From an uncultured virus (IMG/VR IMGVR_UViG_3300050026_000393) (taxonomy: Duplodnaviria > Heunggongvirae > Uroviricota > Caudoviricetes): 64,000 nucleotides of DNA. Shown here piece after piece: positions 36,637-45,700 of this stretch; within the stretch, counting starts at the first letter, position 1; the number at the start of each line of letters is the position of its first letter. The stretch lies in the IMG/VR virus record IMGVR_UViG_3300050026_000393; one strand, 5' to 3'. Position numbers and translations under genes: made by a program. The notes below the pieces were generated by a model that saw only the letters and a program-made list of their open reading frames with translations, did not search any database and was not told where the DNA came from.

Positions 36637-37701
36637 ATGGTTCCCAAACTGTTACCTTTAGACGCAGAAAAGCCCGGAGAGCATATTAACAGTTTACAGA
36701 AAAAACTAAAAGCAGAAGTAATAGGACAAGACGAAGAAATAGATAAAATAATTAGATTAATAGAAGCGCATATACTTGGATATAATGATCCTAATGTTCC
36801 TGTAGGGGTTGTTCTTGCGTTGGGTTCCACAGGTGTTGGTAAATCGTTTCTAGTTTCAAAATTAGCAGAATGCTTATACGAAAATCCTAAAGCCTTTATT
36901 CAAGTAAATTGTGCCGATTTTAAAGACAGTTTTCAGACAAATAGGTTTATAGGGGCACCCCCAGGCTATGCAGGTTTCAAAGAAAAGGGTATAAATCATA
37001 TACTTTCTCAAGATAAACTAGACTCATTCCATACAGACCAGATCAAACTAACTATAGTTCTTTTAGATGAAATAGAAAAAGCTAATAATTCTCTTTACGA
37101 ATACTTCCTAGCCATATTTAATGATGGTGAAGGGAGAGTTGCTGGAAACGTTGTTTCTTTTAGTAATACCTTATTTATAATGACTTCTAATCTTGGCGCG
37201 ACTAATGTTTCTCGTGTAAAAGGATTTTCTGAAACAGACCCTAATAAACATCTCAAAGACTTAACTTCCTCGACAATGTCAGCCGTTAAAAAACACTTTT
37301 CTCCTGAGTTCATAAATCGAATTGATGAAATTTGTATGTTTAAACCTCTTTCTAAAGAAATGATTGAGAAAATATTCACAATACAAATTAATAAAATAAG
37401 ACGAAGACTAATTGTTAATAAAAAAGTTCAACCATTATTTACTTTTTACATCACTAATAATGCTAAAACAGAATTACTTAAGTTAGGATTTGATCCCGAT
37501 TACGGTGCGCGACCTTTATTAAGAGTATTAAAAAAGCATGTTATAAACAAACTTGCATCTCTAACCTCAAGTTATCAAGTAGACTTTGGGGATGTAATTG
37601 TTATAGATATAGAAGAAAAATCTTTTACTTATAAAAAATATGACTCTTCAGAGTTAAGTCTCTTAACAGAAGAAGAGTGGGCAGACATCCAAAAGAAATA
37701 A
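36637..37701 (+). CDS. Stand-alone ClpA/B/C-type AAA+ ATPase (second ATPase module only)
   Basis: VIGQDE, GSTGVGKS, IGAPPGYAG, IVLLDEIEKA, IMTSNLG, FSPEFINRIDEI, YGARPL. Confidence 0.92.
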   Translation: MVPKLLPLDAEKPGEHINSLQKKLKAEVIGQDEEIDKIIRLIEAHILGYNDPNVPVGVVLALGSTGVGKSFLVSKLAECLYENPKAFIQVNCADFKDSFQTNRFIGAPPGYAGFKEKGINHILSQDKLDSFHTDQIKLTIVLLDEIEKANNSLYEYFLAIFNDGEGRVAGNVVSFSNTLFIMTSNLGATNVSRVKGFSETDPNKHLKDLTSSTMSAVKKHFSPEFINRIDEICMFKPLSKEMIEKIFTIQINKIRRRLIVNKKVQPLFTFYITNNAKTELLKLGFDPDYGARPLLRVLKKHVINKLASLTSSYQVDFGDVIVIDIEEKSFTYKKYDSSELSLLTEEEWADIQKK

Positions 37702-37714
37702 GGTTTGAAGAGAT

Positions 37715-40700
37715 ATGAATGCTCCTACACCCTGGACAGATAAATTTTTATCAAGCAGTCTAGAGGCTCATTCCAAATTCTTTGGGTGGGCGGAAAAGAA
37801 TCCTAAATTGTTTCTGGGCGCAGGAGCGGCAACGCTCCTTGCCCCTCTGTTTTTAAAAAACGATGAACGTGGATATGTTGATACCGCGCTAATAACTACT
37901 CCTTTAATTACAGCAGCAGCTATGGTTGCTCCAAGAGTGTTTCCAACATTCATACGTGAAAAAGCTAGTGTTTTTAATGTGGTTAGAAATGTTAAAAAAG
38001 ATTATGGGTTTAATGCCAATCCTAATATTATATCAGGCCGCGAAGAAATTAGTATTAAAGAATCTCTTCAAGCGCTTAAAGAAGGAAGACTTTCCCCTAA
38101 AACTTATAATCGCCGCTTAATTAAGTGGATGGAGGATGCTCCCGTAAGGGAAGCAACAGAAAAAGAAATAGAACAAGAATTTCTGGCAGCGCAAAAAGGA
38201 TTCTCAAAACTTTATGCAAATCAATCCAAACATAGGTTGCTTTCTAATGCTATTTACCATACTGAGTTAAAAACCTTTTCCACCGCTGATAAGGTCGAAA
38301 TGGGCGCAGCAGGAATGCTGACTAAAACTGCCCCAGACGTTGATGAGGGGTTTGGTTTAAGTATTATAGGAAATCATCAGAAAGATGTTCCTTGGTTAAG
38401 AGAGTTTAACTTTAGATTAAAACAAGCAAAAGACACAAAAGTATTTGAAAGCGTAGAAACTTTAATTCCTGTTAGAAATTCTGTATTTGGAGAAAAACTT
38501 TCAGAGGCTCTAGGAACTTCATATAAACCCCCAACAGACAGCCTCCTAAGTTCTCCTAAACCAATATCAGCAAAAGTTATTTCTTATAGAGAAGGAATAG
38601 AACAGTTTAAAATTAATAATTCTCATAATGCCGGACTTTTAGAACAATATATTAATAAAAAACAAATAAAAGGAAAAGATGTAAAATTTATAACCCATCC
38701 TGGTATATTTAAGCCAAGTGAAGAGGATTTACTAGATCTTGAAAAATTTTCTGGTGGACAAACTGAATATTATCATGCAAATAAAGCTACTTGGCGAGGT
38801 CCTAAATCAAATAGACCTTTTGATCCTATAATAGGAATACGTTTAAATAAAGAAATGACTGTTCCAGTCCCTATAAATAATCAAGCTTATTTAGGTGAAA
38901 ACTTGTTACAAAAAGGAGTCGCAAGGAGTGTCTTAGAACAGGACGGAGAAATGTCTTCTGTAGAATATTTATTAAAATCTTATTTTACAGAAGGAGTTGA
39001 AGTTGCTAAATCCCGTATTTCTGAGGTTAACCATTGGCTTGGTAGGGATACCCTACAGTCAAGTTGGGGTAAAGTTTTAGGCAGTTATGTGCAAGATGCT
39101 GATGAGGTTGCAGCACGAGTAAAGGGTTTTCAACGAGTCATGTCGGAACTTCCTGACTCTTTTAAGAATGCCAAGGGTGAAGGTAGTGCTTGGAGCGGGT
39201 TAAGAAAAGGCGAACAAACAGAAATACTAAGGACGTTGTCAGATACTGGTAAAATCACCAGATCTAGTGGTGGAACTACTTTAAGTGTTTATGAGTCTAA
39301 AGAAGCAGTAAATCTTGGTTTTTTTGGCACCCCGGGAACTACGGAAGATTTAGTTTTTAAGGCAGCAAAAGGCGGCAACCATACTTTAGTGGAGACCGGA
39401 AAAGAAGCCGGCCTGGTAAATGATTTTCTAGACATTACTAGAGTTAAAATGCAACATTATCAAGTTCCTCAAGCACAAGCTGCTTTCTTTTCGGAACTGC
39501 CTACTTGGAAAGTGTTGTCCCAAGGACTTAGTAAAGATCTTAGAGGCAAAGATCGCACAACTGTCATAGGTAATGTTTTAGAAACTATGGGGATTCGTTC
39601 CAGAATGATAAAACATTTGTCAGCAGATGCAGGTGTAGACCTGACTGTTGGGGAAGAAATGTTTAATAAATTTCTTCCCTCTATTTCGCGCAGGAAAAGT
39701 TATGAAGCGATTAGAAAACTAGGTACATTAGGAGATGTTTCTAAAGTTATTCCTAGAAATTTTGGTGCAACCTTTTTCGAAAATATAGGAATGACCGTAA
39801 GTGAGCCTTCATTAACAGAGGCAGCAATAGGAAAAACACTGCCAGAAGGAACATTAATTGGTTTTGAAAACGGAACTCTCCGTTCTACAAAAGGGGAGTC
39901 CGTTCTTCAGTCTATAAATAAAGGAACCGGTGGAGAAACCCATTATGCATTTACACGAACGGGTTCTTCACAAGAAGTAAAAGGAATTGGGGATGTAAAG
40001 TGGACTCCTGGAGCTGTATTAGAAGATGAAGAAGTCCCTTTGGTAAGAGATATTTTAAATAAGTTTAGAAAATCTACTAATCAGTGGGGTCAGATTCCGA
40101 AAGAATCTGATGCTTATATATTAGAACAAAAAGGACTGACTGCGGCAAAAAATCCTATACAAGCACAATTAAATCAAACTCAAAGAATACTAGAAAGACT
40201 ACAAGATGCTAATACGGGAGAACTTCCTTCTTTTATAAAAGAAAACTTTTTACCTAAGTTTTCTTCTTATGGAATAAACTGGAATGCTAAAGAAAAATCC
40301 TTGCATTATAATCCTTTGGTCTTACCTACTGACGAACTTAGAAGTATTGGAGCAGTGGAAACAAATGATCTTATAACTAGGATGTTCAGAGAAGTTGGAG
40401 AACGTTTACGGAGTCATACTGTAAATGCAGACGTATTCCTTCAAAAATGGGCGAGTGTTTCCAAAACGCATCCAGATGTATCTCTTCAAGAATACGTATC
40501 TACACTTAACTATACAACGGCAGACGCCTTGGTAGAAAACACAGGATTTAATGTTGGAACCCGTGTAAAATTTACTCATGATGCCTCAAGTATGTTGCAA
40601 TCTATGGGTTTGCATGACATAGCGAAGGAAATACAAAGTCGAAGTTGTGTTGAAGGTAATCTTTCCCAAGCAACAGATTATCTAAAACATACTGCACCTA

Positions 40701-42742
40701 TTAATTTTGATCCTAAAAAACCTGTTGTGTACGATTGGTCAAAACCTTACGGTAAGGTTATAAATATTGAAGACGTGGATGAAGATGTTTTAGGACGACT
40801 TTCAACTTCAGACGGCCGCCTGGGTACAATATTTGATCCTGATTTAATGAAAGATAACTTTTCTTTTAGGGTAAAAAATAAAGTTGGAGAGGACAGGTAT
40901 GTTCCTTACTTAGGACATGATGCCTATAAAGGTGGGGTAAACGAATACGGAATAGGCTCTTATGCCCTAAGTGATTCTGAAAAAGATGTAAAAAAGTTTA
41001 TAATAGATGCGGTAGAAACTGGAGACTGGGAAGAATCTGCAACGATAATGCAGAACAATCTTAGATCAAGATTAGGTGTGGGAAAAGGAAGTGTCTATCG
41101 GCCAGAACTCTATGATCCCTTTGGTATTGCAGGAAAAATAACCCCGAGACCTTCTACTTGGAGAGATGCCAAGACAGGAGAATTAATTGGACACGAAGTT
41201 GCTGTTGGGAAAGAGTTATTAAGCGGTTTGCCAAGGGGTCTTCAAGAAGACCTTTTGGCCGGCGGACATACTTTTTCGATAACACAAAGATTTCCGATCA
41301 ACACCTCGTCCGTTACTAGATTAGTTCATGATCCTCGTTTAAACGGAACTTCTAAAATAGGCACTTCGCTTGATGTTATGTCTAACCTGTTGGGTGATCC
41401 TGATGGAGATCCAATTCAAACACATATTATGCTTGACCTTGAGCATAGAAAACGTCTAGAGAGAACTATACTTGATCAGAATAGCGAACAATCTAAATTT
41501 ACATCTCTGAGACGAAAGACCCTAGGCTCTGAAATGGAAATAATTCCACCTACAGGGGTAAGTTATGCAAAACACAGAAGTACTCCTGAGAAAATGGCTG
41601 AAAAAGTATCTAGTTTTGCTAATGTGGATAGGACTAAAGCACTTATAAACAGATCTTCAAGTGAGGCTGTGGGTGCTTTTGACAACCTAAAAACTACATT
41701 AGAAACTCTTTTAACTCATGCCCCAGAGCACCTAATTCCTGTAGCTGAAAAACAAGATATAAGATTTAGTAACTTCTTAAGTTTAACACAAGCTGCTATT
41801 TATCGTCAGAAACGTGTAGGTGAAGAAGCTTATGATATGACTAAAGCATATACTTCTATTAGGGCTGTTAAAACTTCTTTAGGTAAACGTGGAGGAGCTG
41901 AATCTTTTGAAAAAGCAATGAGAGGGTTTGTCTCTGCTTTTGAATCTGAAGGGGTTAATCCTGTTGCAGAACATTTTGAACAACTTGCAAGTAAGGGTTA
42001 CATAAAGGCATTACATGCTTCTGCCTTTGAACCTGGAAATGAAGGTGTAATAAAAGCTGCAGAATTAATGACGATGTCCGGGGTAAAAAGAGATGCGTTT
42101 GTGGGAGATGCTGTTGAGTCAATGGAAAGATATTTTCCCGGTAGTGCGGCCCTTTCTCATAGAGGGGCCGAAATGGGAGCTGAAGCAATTGGAGGTCTTA
42201 ACGATGCGGTAAGGAGTACTGAACAGAAAGTCAGAGAAGCTGCGACGGGAGTCATTAATTCAACATTCAGATCTGCAGAAAGAGTTGTTGAAGCAGGAAA
42301 AAGTTCTAAAGCAGGTAAAGTTTTAGCCATCGGTCTCGGTGTGGCAGCAGCAGCAGGTATTATGTTTTCTTCGCTCCACAGTCCTCGTGAAGGGGGGGCT
42401 TTGGCAGGAAGTCTCAGACCAGAGGTTGCAATGGGGACAGATGGAGGTGTACCAGGAGAACCTGTAGAAGGCTCTATGTCACCAGGGAATCCTCCAAGGG
42501 CAGTACATGCCCCAAAACAAGGAGTCATGACCTCTGTAGTGGCTCCTATGGGTAGGGATACGGATCTAGAGATGACCCTTAAAGCAGAGAATAGGGACAG
42601 AGCTACAGAAGTTGCTAAAATGGCTAGCAAGTTGGCTTCCCAAGGAGGGCCTTCTTCTGTTAATATAAATTATAGGGATTCTACTAAATTAAAGAGTTTG
42701 AGAACGCGCCAAAAAATAAAAGACGCGATGGGTGAAGAATAA
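37715..42742 (+). CDS. Putative single-chain two-barrel (beta/beta'-like) RNA polymerase, probably virion-associated, with terminal hydrophobic anchors
   Basis: GKGSVYR, QRFP (R1192), LGDPDGD (D1228/D1230/D1232); upstream KGIGDVK and KFTHDASSMLQSMGLHDIAKE. Confidence 0.72.
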   Translation: MNAPTPWTDKFLSSSLEAHSKFFGWAEKNPKLFLGAGAATLLAPLFLKNDERGYVDTALITTPLITAAAMVAPRVFPTFIREKASVFNVVRNVKKDYGFNANPNIISGREEISIKESLQALKEGRLSPKTYNRRLIKWMEDAPVREATEKEIEQEFLAAQKGFSKLYANQSKHRLLSNAIYHTELKTFSTADKVEMGAAGMLTKTAPDVDEGFGLSIIGNHQKDVPWLREFNFRLKQAKDTKVFESVETLIPVRNSVFGEKLSEALGTSYKPPTDSLLSSPKPISAKVISYREGIEQFKINNSHNAGLLEQYINKKQIKGKDVKFITHPGIFKPSEEDLLDLEKFSGGQTEYYHANKATWRGPKSNRPFDPIIGIRLNKEMTVPVPINNQAYLGENLLQKGVARSVLEQDGEMSSVEYLLKSYFTEGVEVAKSRISEVNHWLGRDTLQSSWGKVLGSYVQDADEVAARVKGFQRVMSELPDSFKNAKGEGSAWSGLRKGEQTEILRTLSDTGKITRSSGGTTLSVYESKEAVNLGFFGTPGTTEDLVFKAAKGGNHTLVETGKEAGLVNDFLDITRVKMQHYQVPQAQAAFFSELPTWKVLSQGLSKDLRGKDRTTVIGNVLETMGIRSRMIKHLSADAGVDLTVGEEMFNKFLPSISRRKSYEAIRKLGTLGDVSKVIPRNFGATFFENIGMTVSEPSLTEAAIGKTLPEGTLIGFENGTLRSTKGESVLQSINKGTGGETHYAFTRTGSSQEVKGIGDVKWTPGAVLEDEEVPLVRDILNKFRKSTNQWGQIPKESDAYILEQKGLTAAKNPIQAQLNQTQRILERLQDANTGELPSFIKENFLPKFSSYGINWNAKEKSLHYNPLVLPTDELRSIGAVETNDLITRMFREVGERLRSHTVNADVFLQKWASVSKTHPDVSLQEYVSTLNYTTADALVENTGFNVGTRVKFTHDASSMLQSMGLHDIAKEIQSRSCVEGNLSQATDYLKHTAPINFDPKKPVVYDWSKPYGKVINIEDVDEDVLGRLSTSDGRLGTIFDPDLMKDNFSFRVKNKVGEDRYVPYLGHDAYKGGVNEYGIGSYALSDSEKDVKKFIIDAVETGDWEESATIMQNNLRSRLGVGKGSVYRPELYDPFGIAGKITPRPSTWRDAKTGELIGHEVAVGKELLSGLPRGLQEDLLAGGHTFSITQRFPINTSSVTRLVHDPRLNGTSKIGTSLDVMSNLLGDPDGDPIQTHIMLDLEHRKRLERTILDQNSEQSKFTSLRRKTLGSEMEIIPPTGVSYAKHRSTPEKMAEKVSSFANVDRTKALINRSSSEAVGAFDNLKTTLETLLTHAPEHLIPVAEKQDIRFSNFLSLTQAAIYRQKRVGEEAYDMTKAYTSIRAVKTSLGKRGGAESFEKAMRGFVSAFESEGVNPVAEHFEQLASKGYIKALHASAFEPGNEGVIKAAELMTMSGVKRDAFVGDAVESMERYFPGSAALSHRGAEMGAEAIGGLNDAVRSTEQKVREAATGVINSTFRSAERVVEAGKSSKAGKVLAIGLGVAAAAGIMFSSLHSPREGGALAGSLRPEVAMGTDGGVPGEPVEGSMSPGNPPRAVHAPKQGVMTSVVAPMGRDTDLEMTLKAENRDRATEVAKMASKLASQGGPSSVNINYRDSTKLKSLRTRQKIKDAMGEE

Positions 42743-45700
42743 TGAGTTTGGTATTTAGTAATGCTTCTGAAAATAAAACCCGACAAGGATATTTTAGAAT
42801 AGGACTAGTTACTCTGTCTATTCCCCCTTCTGACATTTCCACCTCACATACGATTAATAACGAGCGTATTGGAACTCTTCGTGGGGCAAATGAAATGTTT
42901 AGAAAGACAGGACAAGCTCGTTTTGATGTGTCTGTTACATTTACAGCCGTTATTGATGATCTAGCAGACACTACTACTAAATATCATGCATGGGAAGATG
43001 TTCGTATGCTTCTCGCTATGTTTAAATCGGCGCCTTTCACTGAAGTAGAATCCCCTTATCTTCGTCAGGTTCTTGCTGGAACAGATCCTAGTTTAGGAGA
43101 CCTACAAGTTCTATCAATGGCGATGCGCCAGTTAAAAATTGATTCTCATCCTGATATAGTTGATGGTCTGATAGTAACTCTGACTTTGACTTATTTTAAC
43201 CATAAACCGTATTCAGTTAATTTTGAATACAAGGCTAGCGATGGTTCACCCACAAATGCAAGAGGATCAAAGCCTTATAAAGATTACCTTACAGGTTGGA
43301 TTGCTAATAATCTAGATCATTGCAATCCTCTTAAAGGCGATCCTGTTCCTAAAAAGTGGAGCGATCAAAATAACGGGGTAGTTTCTGTTAGTTATAGGAC
43401 ATATACATCTATAAATACTGGGCAACTCCCCAGTCTTGCTGCTCAGACATCTCAAACTACGAATGTAGTAGGAATCCAGATTCCTACTTCAGTAGTAAGT
43501 TCGGCGGCAGCGGCGGCAATTGCACAGAAAGGAAAACTTGCTCCTTCGGTTGCAAATATTGTTATTGCTGCTGCAAATAAATACGGAGTAGATCCGGCGA
43601 TTGCACAAGCATTGTGTTACGTCGAAAGTTCCGGCAACCAAACTGCTCATGCCAAAGGATCTACGGCTGCAGGATTATTTCAGATAACTGCTGCCGTTCA
43701 AAAAGAATACGGAGTTACTAATGTTTATGATCCGGTTCAAAATGCTAATGCTGGAGTTCAGTACATAAAACAACAATTGAATGTGTTTGGTTCTTATGAA
43801 TTAGCCATAGCTGCTTATAATATGGGGGCCGGTTCTGTTAAGAAGTGCAATGGTATCCCACCAAAAGGGTATCTAGTTCCTTCTTCAAATGCTCCTCAAT
43901 ACGTGTTTTCTATATTGGCAAGCGCGATGAAAAATTATGGATATACTGGAAGTGCAAATGCACAAGTTCCGGCTCCTGTAAATGTAATACGACCCGTTAC
44001 AACCAGTAATGCGCCCATATCGTCTTCTAGTAATCCAATTACTAACACTCAAGGTAATTCTGAGCAACTGCTTGAGGGAATTATTTCCTATATGTGCCAG
44101 AATATGGGATATGAAGTTGATCATAGAATGGAAGTCGGAGGGGTTGGAACTGTCTTTTTATTCAAAACTTCTACTATAAAAGTGGGTCCTTATGATAGTC
44201 CTGAGAAAGGTATTCAAGAAGGTCTCTATCCAACACAACTTTCTGTGTTGTTTGTTAACAATCTTGCACAAATTCCTTTATCTCTTTATCAATATCCTAC
44301 ATATCAACATGTAGGTCCTTGTAGTTCTACTATACAAATATCCTTTATTTCCCGGGGATTTGTTGTGGGCGAAGACGACCCACAACATCCCGTGTTAAAA
44401 CAACTTACATTCATGGCAAGTAATTTGGAAAAACAGTATCATGACATGAGGGGACAGTTTAGGTCTGTTGCTTCTGTACACAGAATGCAAGCAGTGTTTA
44501 TAGAAAATAAAGTCTTAAGTCTGTTAGGTATTTTTGGATTAATGGTAGACCAGATAACTACTCAGACTATTCCTGAAGCTTCTGATATGGTTTCTGTTCA
44601 ATTAACAGGTTCACAATATGAAAATATATTTGAAGAGATAGAATCCTACAAGTTAAATGGAATATCTCAACAATATATGCAGACAGTAAGTAACCTTGTT
44701 CTGAAATCTCCAACCTTAGATAATCTCTCTGGAGATGAAGCAAAGATACTTTCTCCTATAACTGCTTATAAGACTTCTATGAATTCAGGAGATGAAACTT
44801 GGTTATCACAACAACTTCTAGAGGTTGCCAAGTCTACAGATAACAGTATATTTAATTATACTGGACAAGAAACAACATTTTCTTCTGTCGGTGGACTTTC
44901 TATGTGGGCAGCACTTCCTCCTTCGACAACCCCAAACTATCCCGTTGCTCAAAGGCGCGGCCTTCAACTCGCTCAGGCAGGAACTGGTGGTTGGAACATA
45001 GTAGACTATCTTATGTTTAAGACCATATATCAAAACTACAGGACTATGAATCCTGGAGTTCTCAGTGGCGAGGGGGTGTCTGGCGCAAATGGAGAACAAT
45101 CAACAATTAGTGCTAAAAATTATATCTCTGGGACAGAAACTTCTATTGCTGGGACAAAAGTCGCCCAAATAAAACAGGCGTATATAGATTTATTTCCTTA
45201 TTTCGCAGCCAATAATCTACAACTTAGAAATGCTATTAACCAGGTAATGAACAGTCCCAAGTACAGTCCACAAATAAAAGCAGCAGTTCCTACATCTAAT
45301 ATCCCAGGAGCAACACACGGTTCTTATGCTGCTATGAAATTAGCAGATCCAGGTACAGGACAGGATGTTAATCCTGGCATGTACTTTATTAATGACCAAG
45401 ATAAATATAAAAAAATTGCTAAAGACAATCTTAAAACTGTTTTGGACTCTATTGTCAAGAGCGATACTGATGCCAACGCGGCGACATTAAACGGGTCTTC
45501 GCAGAATGTAAATGTCTCAACAACGACATCTATTCCTGGAAATTTAGATTCTGTAATGGCAATGACTAATATACCTGGATATGATATGTCTGAGGCATTT
45601 CCAACATACAAATTAATGTTCTTGGAGGATGCTAATGAAGGTATTTACTACGCCTTTGATAACTTCTATTCTTATGCGTCTATAACAGATATAGAAATGG

